64,000 nt of DNA. Origin: Antedon mediterranea. Taxonomy: Eukaryota; Animalia; Echinodermata. Position numbers and translations under genes: made by a program. The notes under the pieces were generated by a model. That model did no database searches. It had not been told where the DNA came from and saw nothing but the letters and a program-made list of their open reading frames with translations. The stretch lies in contig NC_092671.1 in NCBI RefSeq assembly GCF_964355755.1, positions 10,912,001 to 10,976,000 of the forward strand. Reading direction: 5' to 3'. Below, piece by piece: positions 40,608-55,928 of the stretch. How positions within the stretch are numbered: position 1 is the first letter of the stretch; each line of letters starts with the position of its first letter.

Positions 40608-43600
40608 TTAAACATTGTCTTCATGAAATTCCAATTTCCCATTTGGATGTTTCTGGTCGTCATGGTATTCATCTGAAAGGTAGTCTTCACCTCCTTCCTA
40701 AAAACAATAAATTGATACATTTTTATGTTTAATGACATTAATTGAATATTATACGTAGGTGTTAATTGTGGTAAGACAATAATAATAGTTCATTCCTATA
40801 TAGCACATATAAGCAAGCTCTCAATTTATACACCTGGGTGGACAGAGGCAAATGTAAGTGCCTTGCCTAAGATACAAGCAATGCGGCGAGAGTTGGATTT
40901 GAATCACGATCTCACGATCAGTACTCCAATGTCCAACACACTGCGCCACATGCCCTATTTAGAGGGTAAGGTTCATTATGGGGGTCGATAGGTTGATATA
41001 TTTAGGAGTTAGGTAGATATATTTGGCTTTCTAAGAGGTATTCTTCTAAAACAAAGAAGGGATTATTCTACTGTATACCTAAACTAGACCGTCTAATGAT
41101 GGTAGACCTAGGGTGGTTTTACTTTTTTACACTTCTTACCTCATAATCATACTCCACCCCACACCTTGCATACTTCTTAAAAGATTCTGGTATACAACAG
41201 CAGACAGTTTCCACAACAGGAGATATCAATTTGGGGTTAACATCTTTTGGATCTGTGCGACCTTTATATATGAATACAAAAATGTAATACTATAATTACA
41301 AATATTTTATACAAGCAAACATACAGCACAAACACATTATTACATTACGGAGACTTTAAATAACCCACAATATTTCGATAAATTATTAATACATGTAAAA
41401 TGCATTTACAGTATATTACTACAGTAGAACTACTATTAAGGGGAGCCAAAAAGTGTCACCTGAAGAGAGGCGTCTTCTGAACAGGGTGTCCTAAACAATA
41501 TGTACAAAATAAATTATTCAATTTACATTATAAAGTTAATGAACTTAATCTTACCAGTAATAAAACTTGTTATTAAGCCAATGATGACAACAGTCAGACA
41601 GCCAATGGCACTATACCAAATGTACGAAACGTGATACAAGTCCGCAAACACTGGACTACAAGGAGAAAATGTTTTTATGCTTCCATATGATCTCTTTTTA
41701 ATACAAATAGAACTGTATCCAGACCCCACTACCAGCCCATCAATATACAAATTTTTGGGCCAAATTGAGCATTATGATGAGTGAAAAATTGCTGTGTGTG
41801 CGCAGGCTGTCTATGACTGCTTGTGTTGGAAAACAATATTGATTGGTGTAAAAGACTATTTATCAAATTAGGAAACTGGAAAGGTTATAGAAACAGAAAT
41901 GCAGGTAATGTGGAAACAGCTATTTCAATCTATTGCGCGAATGAAGGCTTTAGGGCTCACAGTTTTTAAAAAACTGCGCATTATACCAGTATAATTCACG
42001 TTTTATTTCCAAAATATATAGCATGTAGAAACAGTTCAGTTTATCAAGTACATTTAGCATGGAATACCATCATCAGACACATGAATTATTATGATTAATA
42101 TTAATACTGTTTCCCATCTGTTTTTTTAAAGCAGAACTTCTCAAATCTCAAAAACTCATAAAAAGCCACACTGAATGCTAACACAAACATACAGGTATGG
42201 CTTACAATGTCATAATCATAAGTATTTTCATTACAGCTGGTCAATTAAAATTCATTGCATATTGTCTCATGGTATACTACTACCAGTATAATGTGTTTTT
42301 ATTGTTCCCAAGCAATGCAAGTTTAAAAGATGGATATTTTGTCTTACTCTTATACAGTACAAGTAAAAAATAAAATCACTTGTAGAGATTGAAAATTGTT
42401 TTTTTTTTTGTGTCAAAGTGAAATAAGTAGGAATACAATCTTTAAAATGTAGTGTATGTTTATAATCGATATTATAAATGTGATGCGATTTGATTTAAAC
42501 ATTTAAACTAAATGTCCGGACAGAAATGCAAAGTTTTTGGAGAAACAAAATTGTATTAAGGTAAATTAGATAATAACCAATAGATGCAATATATATTTAT
42601 ATGTATTTTACACAAGGAGAAATAAAATGCTTATTTAAATGCATGGTGTAGACATAAATATTATTTCAACATCTTATAGCCACAGGTAATTAATTAAAAC
42701 ATCATTATGAATGGTTTATACTCACTCAGGCTCCTCTGTTACTATTGTGTCTGTCAATGTGATTGGTTGCCATGTTGTATATGTCACATTTTGCGTTTCA
42801 TAGCAGCCCTCAGTTGATGTTGGTAAAGCAGGATTGGTTGGAGGATTAAAGTAAGTACCTACACTTATCCAGATACACATAGCAAAGCCAGACAACAACC
42901 CTACCAGTCCACCCTGACAAAAAAAGAAAATGTTATAATTGTCAGCTAAATTACTAAATTTAGGATGTTTTGAATCTATATATTTTGATTAAATTCTGTT
43001 AATACTGATAGTTAAAAAATTTTCTAAATTTCACATACTGAAATAATTCTTTAATGGTTACTGTAAATTTGAACTACAGTAGCGACCACTCTCACCTTTG
43101 ACCTGACCTTAAGCAATAAACCATAGGTGATGTTGATAACAAGATACAATTTGTCACCAAGTCTAAATTTTGAAAAATGTAAAATAGATAAAACGTACCC
43201 ATTTATTAGAACAAGGAAAGAATAAGCCAAGACTAAAGACACCCAATAAAGGTCCACCAACGACTCCAAGTAAGCTAAGTGCAACCTGCAATACTGGGCC
43301 TAGCTTAGATGCTGCAAATGCCAAACATATGGCCATGATTCCATATGCACATGCTGGAAAAATGGGTACATAATACATAAATTAAACAATGATAGAATTA
43401 TTTATATATAATCAAACATAAATATTTTTGGCAATGTTAAAATGTCAAAACAGTAATGGAAAGAGTACTGTACTATAATATATTTAAAAATTCACACTTG
43501 AACACCGCCAGTAAAAATGCGGAGTTGATCCGGAATTGTAAAACCAGAGTCGTACCCGGGACGCAAAAATGCGGAAATGTCGGCCGGTGTAAACGACGTA

Positions 43601-46600
43601 AAAAGTTACCCAGGTCGCTGAATCACCCGGGTAAGTGATGCGGAATGTATTCAGCGTCAAGTTAACCCTGGACGCACCCGAGATGAACCCATGTTTGCGG
43701 TGTAAAACGCTCAGCGTATCTTTACCCGTTTGTTTACTATCCTCGCTCATTATAGTATTTAATTTACATAAAATTAGGATAAGATTGATTTTGTTTATTC
43801 GCTTATTTAATAAATAAAACTTATGGTTATTTGTTATTCATTTTTATTTCAAGATATTATTCTTCACGAGTAGACTTCATTTTTGTGTGTATTGCCATAA
43901 AACAAAATTGTAGGAGATATAATGAGCAGACCATTACTAGGGTGTCTCTTCATGCGTGAGAGGTCGATATTTCGATTGATCTAGAACATTTACACAGGTT
44001 GGTATTTTGCAGTGTAAATAAACGCAACACGTGTCATTCCCGGGTTATGAATCGGGTGTAAAAAGAAAATTTATCCAGACACGACACGGGTTTGTTATAA
44101 GCTCGGCGGTGTAAAAGGGGTATTAGAGTTATAAAGCCAATTACAACTACATAAAAAATATATTTTCCTTAGTGTTCAAATTAAACAAAAAAGTACTGAC
44201 TGCACAAAAACTGGGCTACAGTACTTTCTAGTAAGGGTTTTCTAAATATTGATATCACTATTATGAAGTTGTTTTATACGACGATTATCCAAAGTGTATT
44301 ATCTTACTGTCTGATTTGTAACTATGGTAATTAATTTAAGAAAGATAAAAAAAGGTTAAATAAAATTGTGAAAAGAGCTGTTAAACTTATAGTCGATATG
44401 CCAATCTACCTGGATGAATTATATAGTGATAGATCAATACAGGCTGCTTTGCGTATAATGGGTAATATCAGTATCAGTATCAGTAAACACTTTTGCCAAA
44501 AAACTATAGTCCTTCAGAAAGACATCAAATTTGTGGTGAATAAATCTACCTAAAACTTTAGTGACCAGTGTTGCTTTTGTGTCAGACAAAAATCTGGTGT
44601 TTTTACTACGTTGGATTGGTTTGATGACATCTTCTAAAGTTACCGCAGCTAGTGAATTAAGACCAGAAGATACAGTACTACATGGAAATAAAATAATAAT
44701 AATAATGACAGAAAAACTCTGGGAAGGAAACATATTGCACATATAACTATAAATTAATTGTGTTTTAATTTTTTCATATCTAGGGGGTATTTATTTGATT
44801 ATACATGTTACCATATCACAACCAAAAAAATAAAAGTCTCCCCGAATAAACGGCCCCTAAAAACTCTCCTGAAAAACTCTGGGAAGGAAACATATTGCAC
44901 ATATAACTATAAATTAATTGTGTTTTATTTTTTTCATATCTAGGAGGTATTTATTTGATTATACATGTTACCATATCAGAACCAAAAAAGTCTCCCCCGA
45001 ATAAACGGCCCCTAAAAACTCTCCTGAACATTAAACGTTTATTTGAGAAAATGTGGTAGTTATTTATATCTTTTATTAGTAAAAAATAAATATGTTTGTT
45101 TTAAGTTCAATATATCATGTTTATATACAGTGAAGTAAGTTCAATATATCAAATTGTTATTACAGCCTATTAAAAAAAATACTGGCAATATAAAATTAAT
45201 TTTTTTTTATGTCTATTGATAAAAATAATTTACCTTAGAGCACCACTAAATATTGCTGCAACAAATATTCCAGCCAATCCGTTAATAAAGCCAAGTTTAT
45301 CCATGACATAGTATGGAAGAAGCTGAACAAATAAAATGTATATATGCTAGGTTGCACACCATCACCAACATACATTCAATGATGTATGAGATATTGTAAC
45401 ATTCTGCCTATATTATACACTATGAGCACAATAGATGGTAAATGCCTTTATAAATTCCATATTAATCTCATTAACAGTTAATTTTATGTCATTTCTTTCA
45501 ATATGAATTGTTATGGCAGATGTTCAACTCTCTATACAAAAATGTATTTCTATGTTGGAAAACTGCACATCTAATTATAATCCACAAAAATAAAATTGAA
45601 AATTCTAGTTCTTGTGCCAAATTTTGGTACTTTAAAATCAATGTAATAATGTTATAAAATCAAAATACACACCTGATCAGCACTGGTGATATAGCCAGCT
45701 TTGATTGGGTCACAATCGGCGTAAACGGCGAAGATGACCAAACCGCACATCATTGTTAAACTTATCAATATAGTTATCAAAGGTAGATTAATGTATAATG
45801 ACCTACAAAACAATAAAGTAATTATTATACTAATGAGAAAATATTGACATATGAGAAAATTGACATTAACCCCTACAGACTCATGGTAAATGTTTCTAAT
45901 GACGTGAATGGAAATTAAATGATTTTATAAGTCGAGTTTCAACTTTTGAACTGTAAAGCTAAAGTACCTCTCATTTGAATATGATGAATATAAAAAAAGC
46001 CTGAGCCTATCCTAGGCATAACCCACAATCTTCAAATGCTGCATCAATTTTTACTTTTTAACAATTTTATTAAATAGAAATAAAAATAACAAAATAAGTA
46101 AAAAAAAAAACAATTTAAATTTCATTTTAATTTGTGGAAATGAACAAACAATTACTTAATATCGGTTATCTTTGATAAATTGATATTACCAATAAATTAT
46201 CAAACAATTTCAAAATAATTTGTATTCGTTAACGCAAATATATATTTTCAGTAATGATAATTAGCCATGACGTACATTTGAGCGTCCTTTAATGTTGGAC
46301 AGCTGAGATAACGTTGGACTGACGCCTGATTACATCCGTATGTACCTAACCATGTAAAAGTACCACCGATAATCAGATTCCAAACTGTATGTCGATTTCT
46401 TGGATCAACGCTAAAGCTGTGAAAATAATAAGATTACTATAATTGAACAATGAATTTTAATAATTATACTATAGTGATATGAAATACAATGAAGTAATAC
46501 ACATTAATCCAAAGTTTATTGTACATAGGTGTGGCTATAATATTTGCATATTCTAATCTAAAATAACTGTGGTTAGTTTAGTTGTACAATAGTTCTAAGT

Positions 46601-49600
46601 TCACATCCTGGTAATGTCAACATTTTTTCTCAAAAACCAATTCCACATTGTAACACTTTACACATTTTTGTAGAGCTATTTATGAATATGTTTGTTTTGT
46701 AAACACATTATTTTAAGCCAGTGATTAAACTCATTATGTCCCTATTCATTATATGAAATCTGTTTATTAGAGTTCCTAATTTTGTATTATTTATATTTTT
46801 GTTTTGAGGAGGCTATTCACTACAAGCTATGCTTTCATTTAGGCTCCTCCACTTAAAGCTTGGTTCCCACTAGAAAGAACGTAACGCAAGGACGTAAACG
46901 CAACGCAAGCGTTTTAACCAATGACAAGCGAAGTAGGCCATCGCTTAATTGTGATTGGTCGATTCACTTGCGTTGCGTTACGTCCTTGTGTTGCATCGTT
47001 AGTGGGAACCACGCTTTAAGTTATTAGTGAAAGTGAAATAAAATGAAAATCTTGTAATGATTATATGAGGATGCAATTCACAATTAAAATATTGTTCTAA
47101 TTATAAATTCAATTAGATGCATACTCCCAAGTATTGATTCTGCCATTCTGCTTGTTGATTTCCCAGATATTCCCAAATCCATCAAGAGCAACCGCAGCTT
47201 GAATTACAATCGTTAATAGACCAACGAACATGATGCAAGATTGAAACACGTCCGTCCATATCACGGCTTTTAAACCACCCTATGTAGAAAAGAGAAAACA
47301 CATTGAAAATCTGAAATTAACACAATTTATAATACAGGCATGTGCATCATCTTAATTATCTTATCTTCTAAAGTGGGCACTGTAAACAACATATTTTTTT
47401 TTTTACCATAGTAAATGAGGGTGATCCATCCAGCAATTGCTGATCATTAGGGACCCTCAGAGCTTCACAAGACAAACATATACACAAGTCTTATTACAAG
47501 TTATTGGGAGTGGAGTTGTAATTGAGTCCTTAGAAAAATCCTGACATGTGATGGACTTGAACCCAGGACCCTTGGAGTGGTAGCCAAGCATCATAACCAC
47601 CAAGCCACAACTCCACTCATTCTGTTTATATTTAGGGTGGTAGAACACGTTTCCTAATTAAGGCTTAAAACTGTTATTAGGTGCAGTGTACACAATTAAA
47701 GAGCCCACTACATTATTCAGAAAGATTTGAGTTAGCGGTATTCTGAGACATTTTATCCCCCGGTAATTTATCACTGTGTTCGGCTAACAATCCTACTAGT
47801 AAAATCACTTTGTTAGGGAAACTAGAAGAATGAACCATGTCTCCAATGCTATTGAAAGCAAAAATATAATTTTTATTTTAAATATATTGGATTGTCACTA
47901 AAAAGTCCAACAGTGATAAAAATTGATATTTTTTCAGAATCGACATCCATAATCAATAACAATCAATACAAAAAATAAATACAGTATAAAATTCAGATAC
48001 CAAACAACCTAGCAGTGCAGTACTAGTTTATTCCAAGTTAAACATAGTTTAAATGTTAGAAAGGAATGAACTCTAATAAAGGAAGGAAGATCACCATTTT
48101 TAGTATCAATATGTTTATAAAATATTAATAAATTAATGCATAAATAAATGCAACATATGACATTCCACTGTATACTTACCAAAGATGTATAAAATGTGCA
48201 TACTAAACCAATACCAGCAATAGAACCATATAAACTCAAACCAGTTACTAAAATAGAAAAACATATTCATTATCATTATATCTCTTAGGCATGGCTTCTA
48301 ATCTTTACAACACTATCATAAAAAACCATTGAATTCTTTACTCCATGGCGTGAGTAATTAGATTTGCTCACAAAAGAAAATTATTAACGACCATGGGTGG
48401 TTAGGTATCAGTTCTTTGCAGTAGACTACTAACAACAAAGTAACCCTTGGGAGGAATGCTAATAGTGAAATACAGTTAAGTTCATGCTGAGTTCCTTGAA
48501 CAATATGGTAATTAAGTCACTTAGTTTATATTATAAACTAAGTACACTGATGATATTGATGTTAATACAAATTTCATCCTAGATTTATAATTAATTTTCA
48601 ATCACAATATAATGTGGCATGCCCTTTAATAAATTATCAATAAAATACTGTATACTTAGTATAGGATTTCTGCATATCTAGCAGAAGATTCTGGGTTTGA
48701 ATATATTGGTTTTTCAGATTCCTTCATCTTCACTATTTACAAATTAATAAAGTAAATTCCACTTTATCACTGGGAAGTTTATAATAGATAAAAAAATCAT
48801 TAAAAAGATTGTTTTTTAATTAAGAACACAATCTAGACTGAGAAATGAAGATAACTTAGGCCAACCTACCAGCATTCAAAGCAAGAGCTGGTGCATAAAG
48901 TACAACAGACATATACATCACCTATCATTGAAAAGAAACATTTGTTAGAGTTTCATTTTAGGCAGTGTTTCCGCAGTCCAAAATTAACCGATAAAAATTA
49001 ACAGATGAACTGCCTGTGAAAACAGGGTTTAACCGATTCCACTCGAGAAAAATTAACCGATAATTATCTCATTCAAATCGGATAATTATCGGAAATGTGA
49101 TAATTTTAAGCTTTGCAATGCACTTGTGATGTCACAGCGATATCCTTAATCTCGCGATGTTTCTGAAATCATATGTACATCCCTAATACATTGTTAAAAT
49201 ATGGTCCCCGGTCAAGTTGTCCTTTAAAGGGAAAATCTAGAATAAGACATTACAATATTTTTTTAATCCATCAATTAAAAAAAGAGTGCAGCACCAAAAC
49301 TAATAATTCATAAATTATGTTTTATTTTTAACTAAATGTGATAATTTTAATACATTCAATTTTAATATAAAAAATAAATATCGTTAAATAGTATATTGCT
49401 CTGTGCTTTAATTAATTACAGGTTCTTAATATTAATAAGAATCTAAATTAAGTATTTACCATGTAGATTATAAATGCTGATGTCCCAATGACACGAACCC
49501 AAATACTAAATCGCAATTCAAGATACTGAAAAATAAAAGAAATATCATTATCATAGATTAATCTTAATAATTCTTATAAAATCAAATAGGCCTAAGCCTA

Positions 49601-52600
49601 GGTACAACAAGGGTAATTTGAAGTCAAAATATAAATATCTTAAAATAAGATTAAGATTTAGAATGTAATGTTTATTTTATTATTTAAACATATGTGGTTC
49701 CCGTTGGGGAGGGGGAGGTGGTGGCCTGAATATATGTTGCTTTAAATACTCACCTCCTTCACCCAATCAATTTGGTTTACGATAAAATCGGTTGCATCTA
49801 AAATCGGTCGCGTTTGAAATCGGTCGCGTTTGAAATCGGTCGCGATAAAATCAACTTCCGGTATTTTGTATGGCGCGCCGCTAGAGCTATACGTTTGATG
49901 ATATCGGTCGCGTTTGAAATCGGTCGCATTTGAATCGGTTGCGCTATTTTGTATGGAGCGAGATGTATGCTAGCGGGATATACATTTTCTTCGTTTATAT
50001 AGATTTAATTGATATTTTTTAGGAACTAGATTATTTATGTGGATATTTTCTATTTTGGTTAATAAATATTTATTATCTTTTTTTTTTTTTTATTTCACAG
50101 GTCTCGGAGAAGGACTGTGTCTTTTCAAAATGGCCATTTCTATACACGTTTAAATATTTTATTAGGCATATAATAATTTACCTCTATTTTATTATGTACT
50201 GTTATTAATATATTATATAGAGAATATACGTCTGCATCTTTATGCAAACAATTACGTAAAAGAGAACAATTTATTTAAAAACAATAATTGTTAAATGATG
50301 TATAGCCCGTAAAGCCAGCGTATCTATTTTTATACTTATGCATACTGTGGCAGATATATCATATCCATGTTGTTAACAACTTACTATTGGATCACCTTAT
50401 TTTTTAATTTCTATTTTATTTATGTCTGTACGTTTGTAGGATAATATTAAGTATAGGCCTATAATGATTATTGTTGAGGCAAATCACGTGTATATTTTTA
50501 TTTCTAATGTTTACAATAGGCCTAAAATAGTTTCTAGTAAAAAGGATTATTATATGCGGATCATTAAAAGGCGAGTTAATGAAATAAACCCCGAAATATA
50601 ATAGACCATAATTTCGTGGATGCGCCTTCTATGATCGTGCAGACGTTAACTGCACGTTATTTTGCCGACGGGGATTCCCTTTTTAAAAAAAACATGCACT
50701 AGTGTGTCAAATCATGGACAAAACACGTACAATCGTTGTCCATGGCCAGGTAAAGATGAGGTATAGGCCTATTACTAATAAATAACCATACGTAAACATC
50801 AATAAGCCTCCTGCACGTGTTTTTGTGAAACCTAGTTCCATGGTGCAACGATGTATATAATTTACGTATATACGTCGGCGATACTATAGTTTTTAATTTG
50901 AATATCTTTTATTTCTTCATTTATAATAATCACTTAAGTACCACTTAGTGTCTCACATCTGTACGCCGTTCGTAAATCTGAATGTTTAAATATCCGTGCA
51001 AGATTAATAATAATAATATTTATTCGGTCATCAATGTGAAAATAACCAGGAATGAGAATAGGCTAAAGCCCAAACAGATTCTGCACTCACTCCATACAAT
51101 ACAATCAGTTGAAATTGTTTGTGAATCTTTTATGTCATTTGGTATTTGCTCCCATAGTCTAGGAAAGGAAACAAATACAGAATTATGAAAAGTATTGCCT
51201 TTCGAATTCCAACGTAAAAGCCTACCCGGACATTTTTCACTAGTTTTAATATACTCATTGAAAGAATGGGGACAGTAACCTTTCAACACCTTAAATCCTA
51301 ATGAAAGTCTATGTAATTTAAACAAGTCATCAATAGATAATAATTCAAGCACTTTCAACCTATGAAAATAAGATGTGTCCCAGGAACCTTCCTTTCTAAA
51401 CATTATTATCCTTGTTGCTTTCCTTTGTATACTTTCTATTCTATTAATATTTGATTTCTCAAATGGTGCCCACATTGAACAACAGTAGGTAATCACTGGA
51501 AGTAATAGAGCTTTGTATAAGTTCAACATAGCTAACCAGGACATATTTTTACTACATTTTGAAATGAAACCAAGCAATCTGCTTGCTTTACAACATATAT
51601 AATTAACTTGTGTATGACAAGACAACGAACTATTTACATAAACACCTAGAAATTTGAATTCTGTAACTTTAGGAATATTGTCTGATTCTATGGTATAATC
51701 CCAGTTAACTATCTCTTTACATCTTGTAACATGCATTACGGCGCATTTGACAGGATTTAAGGGAAGTTTGTTTACATTTGCCCATTTAGCAATTAAATCT
51801 AAATCCTTTTGAAGCAATTTACAATCATTATTGTTATAAATAGGACGTGATAATGTGTGATCATCAGCAAATTGAAAAAGAAATATTATTTACAATATCA
51901 CTTACATAAATCAAAAATAAAAGAGGGCCCAAAACTGACCCTTGTGGTACCCCTGAAGTAACATTTACCCACTCTGACTTTTCTCCTCTGTAAATAACCC
52001 TTTGGCGTCTATTTGAAAGAAAATCTGTAATCCATGCATTAGTGTTTCCACCAATGCCACAGTTATTAAGTTTCTTAATTAATCTTTTATGAGACACCTT
52101 ATCAAATGCAGACGAAAAATCAAGAAAAATAATATCAATATTTTTACAGCCTTTAAGTTCTAAGCTCTGTGCCCATGAATGAAAAACCTTTGAAAGTAAA
52201 AGTTCAGTACTATACATTTGTCTAAACCCAAACTGATTTTCTGAAAGGATATTATTATATTCTAGATATTCCCTTAAGCGATAACAAAGCAATTTCTCAA
52301 TAATCTTACAAATTATGGGAGTTAAGGACACTGGACGATAGCTTTTCATTTCGTCTTTGGGTTTTCCATTTCTTTTGAAAATAGGTACAACATTTGCATC
52401 CTTCCATTGTTTTGGTAAAATACCTTTTTGTACAGTTAAATGAAAGAATGTACATAAAACATTATCCAATTGTGCCTTACATGACTTTAAGAATATTGGA
52501 AGCAAACAATCAGGTCCTGGTGATTTGGATACATTTAACTGTGAGAGGGCATAAAATACCTCAGGCATCACAAAGGGTTCACATTCAAAGTTGGTAAGAC

Positions 52601-55232
52601 AATCTATTGTATCCAAATCACAATGCTGATCATTATCTATGCAAAAGTTGTTTACAAATTGTGTATTGAAAAGATTAGCCAACACCTTAGCATCAGATAC
52701 CATTGTGTTATTTATCTTAAAGCTAATAACATCTGAGTCATTTTTTATAGACCTTATATACGCCCAGAATTGTTTTATATCAGTTGTAGCTTTGTTTGAA
52801 ATATTTACAACATAATCCCGATGGCTACAATATATTGACTTTTTTAATTCCCTGCTACAAGATTTGAATTTATTTATGCTTTCTTCAGTTCCTACTTGTT
52901 TAGCAATTTTGTACAACTTTCTTTTCTTTGTGCAAAGCTTTTTGATTTCTGGAGTTATCCAGGGAAAAGATTTCGATTTTTTACATTTCCTAGTTGGTAC
53001 AGATTTTGAAATTGCAAAATTGATAGTACTAGAAATACTTTCCCATATATCACTAATATTATTATATTGGAAACAATTCTCCCAATTAAAATTATCTAAT
53101 ATAGTCTGCATTTTTGAAAAATCAGCCTTTTTAAGAGCATATACAATTTTAGTTATGTCCTTAGCACGTTTATATGAAACTTTAACAGAGATCTCAACTG
53201 CTTCATGATCACATGATTCAAAATTATAAATTGTACGACATTTTTCAATCAGTAGTGGATTAGAAACAAATACTAAATCTAAGAAATGTCCTTTACTATC
53301 ACGTGTAATATACGATGGTTGTTTTAAGACTTGAACTAACCCAGTAGAGTTTGTTGCATCTAATAGACCATTCGCTAGGCTAGTTAAACCACTACTTTTA
53401 TCTACCTGTATATCATTCCATTCAATATGTATATTAAAATTACCAATAAGCGAAACCCATTTGTACTGAGTCATTTTTATTTAAACTTTTTCTAAATTTG
53501 TGTATAAAGCATTTGTGTATTGAATATTGGAAGATGGTGGTCTGTAATATACACCTATAAGAATTTTTCCAATACCAGTGTAACACTCTAACCACAATAA
53601 CTCCAGTATATTATCATTTAGTTCATGACACTCAGATGGTTGTAATGATGTTTTTACAGCAATAAGTACTCCCCCACCATGTGAGTTTCTATCCTTTCTA
53701 AAAACTATATAATCGTTATTAAATAGTTGACTATCATAAATGGAATTGTCAAGCCATGTTTCTGTCATAGATATAATATCATAAAATGAAGAATTAAATC
53801 GAGAATTTATATCATGCAACTTATTTTTAACACTTCTTACATTGCAATAGAATATATTTAGCTTGTTTTTACTATCAGAACCTAATTTTGAATCTATCAT
53901 AAAATCACTTTGGTTTACATTATTACTTAAACTATTATCATAAGTACATTCAGCATTAATTTTAGCATTAGAGAATCGTGTCCACCTTTATTATCCATCC
54001 ATTATTATTCTCACATCTAGGCCTATCATTGTACATCATAGTCCTACTGTATAGGCCCGGTAGATTGATTTATGAAGGTATATTTAATATTTTATTAGAA
54101 TTATCCTAAAACCATGCTCACGTATTAAGAGTGGCGGATATCGAACGTAAAAATCATTGTCATACATCATCTTTCTTTATTGCATAAACCTCATTGAGCT
54201 GGTATCCACTTGCAGGTACAGAACTAGTTTCGTAGTTAACTGTGATTAAAAAATACGCAATAGGCGCGTCTACTTGTTCAATATTAAATTATTTCAACAT
54301 TTTCAAAACTTTAAACAGTGGCATGCTAATCTTTTCAAAAACTTAAACAATATTCAATAACACTTTTTAAAACGATTTTCTAAACGAACATATTACAATT
54401 ATTCATTGACACCTGTAAGATAAAATGAAAACACAAATTATTTATAAATAATGAGATTAATATTTATATTTACTGTACTTAAAAAATAATAACGATCGAG
54501 GTAAAAAAAATGTTAATAGTATAATTCTATATTCAAAACTAAATACTAAAAACATAGCGTTTTCATTAAAAATGTATCTAGTGCGTCCCATGCAAAATAG
54601 CGTGACCGATTTCAAACGCAACCGATTTTAAACGCGACCGATATCATTAAACGTATAGCTCTAGCGGCGCGCCATACAAAATACTGGAAGATGATTTTAT
54701 CGCGACCGATTTCAGACGCGACCGATTTCATCTGACACCATCAATTTAAATAAGTCTAGGCCTAGGCTAGGCCCTAGTACTAAACTAGCCTAGGCTAGTC
54801 CCGGCCTAGATTGACAGATACTTCTTTACAATTTTTTGTACAATTTTAAAATTAAGTGTTTATGACTGTCCATACCTCATACACACTTGTAAGCCTAAGT
54901 CGATAAAATACAGGTACATAGCAATGTGCGGAAATCATTGTCATTAGAGGATATGAAAAAACTACAACCCAGAATTCTGTTCCGAAACTATAACATTCAG
55001 CAGGCGTACCAAGCAAAGCAATAGCCGACATCCAGCTAGCTAGCAAGGAGAACCCGACGGGAACGAAGCGCATTGACCGGTCTCCCATCAGAAATGTTTG
55101 AGTGGTTTGCTGTCCCCCGTCTTTAAATCCATAGTATATGCCAATAATAGCAGAAATAACCAAAACAAGTGAGAATACGATATAATCGACGACCGTAAAG
55201 CTCGCTACCTCTCCTGTTTCACTGGAAGACAT
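40608..55232 (-). CDS. Sodium:solute symporter, SLC5A8/SLC5A12/SLC5A6-like (sodium-coupled monocarboxylate transporter-like), about 613 aa
   Basis: Exons (minus): 55232-54876, 49525-49460, 48921-48870, 48247-48180, 47279-47125, 46416-46276, 45802-45673, 45322-45234, 44677-44550, 43353-43199, 42913-42726, 41655-41555, 41261-41140, 40697-40608 (1842 nt). Motifs DYIVF, PVGFSLLASWMSAIALLGTPAE, TSVYEYLELRF, LYAPALALNAVTG, GGLKAVIWTDVFQ, NQASVQRYLSC, DQLLPYYVMD, STVSSGLNSLAAV, GGPLLGVFSLG, SYIWYS. Confidence 0.92.
43495..44125. mobile_element. Putative non-autonomous DNA element in an SLC5 intron
   Basis: GC-richer block with acaccgcc near the left end, ggcggtgtaaaaggggtatt at the right end, and repeated acccgg / gtgtaaa subunits. 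Confidence 0.4.
44712..45030. repeat. Intronic tandem duplication of about 160 bp
   Basis: aaaactctgggaaggaaacatattgcacat...cggcccctaaaaactctcctgaa occurs twice. Confidence 0.85.
49774..54739. mobile_element. DNA transposon with about 180-bp TIRs and 8-bp TSD (ATCAATTT), carrying a nested LINE
   Basis: 49774-49960 is an inverted match to 54588-54739 (aaatcggtcgcgtttg subrepeats, tatggcgcgccgctagagctatacgttt); GG...CC termini; atcaattt at 49766-49773 and 54740-54747. Confidence 0.8.
51005..53970 (-). mobile_element. CR1/L2-like LINE ORF2 (APE endonuclease + reverse transcriptase), nearly full length, frameshifted
   Basis: ORFs 53900-53481 (NVRSVKNK, TETWL, GGGVLIAV, YRPP), 53474-51864 (CDHEAV, KSPGPD, YRPVSLT, QFGFR, FLDFSSAFDKV, SGVPQGSVLGPLLF) and 51817-51020; FADD lies out of frame at about 51860-51872; (TTA)n-like tail at about 51005-51020. 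Confidence 0.92.
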
Positions 55233-55928
55233 TTTTTTCTGAGGAAAAACTGTAGGCCTACGGCTACGTACGGTACTCACACACGTGCAGTTGTCTCTGT
55301 TTTGTGTTTGAGCAAAGAATATATATCACAAGAATGAGTAATCCGCGATTTTCCCTGTAACAATAATATTGTCCATGTGGTAGGGCGCCGCCATAAGTGT
55401 GGATGTATCTGGGATGTATACAATTTTTTGTGACGGTTTCACTAATCAAATGCTGGACCACCGGTAGTATTTTCATGATAAAAAATGTTATCAACTACAT
55501 GCCAACATCATGCTAAATACTATTTGGATATTTAATTGTTCGTTTTATGCCATTTATTTAGTAAAAACTGCCGTATAAACAGTTTTCTTTATAAACCGGG
55601 CGCTACGATAGCGTGACCGGACGTGTTGGTGTTTACGCGTTTTCACGAAGGATAGTTTAATAATATTCCTATATTTAACTTGTTTCTGGTAAAACAAATA
55701 AATGTTAATGACATTTAACATTTTGTCCTATTAATCATGTATTTTATACTAATTTATATCATAAAAACAATACTTAATTTACCGGGCGTAGAGTAGTACA
55801 CGGCAATGGTAAAGAATAGGCCGTGCTAAGTAACGATTTGTTGATTTTTGGTGTTGCTGTGTTAAGCCTTTTTTGTGAACTAACTTAGCATGTTAGTAAA
55901 TAATTGTCTGTAAAAGTGAATGTGTTAA

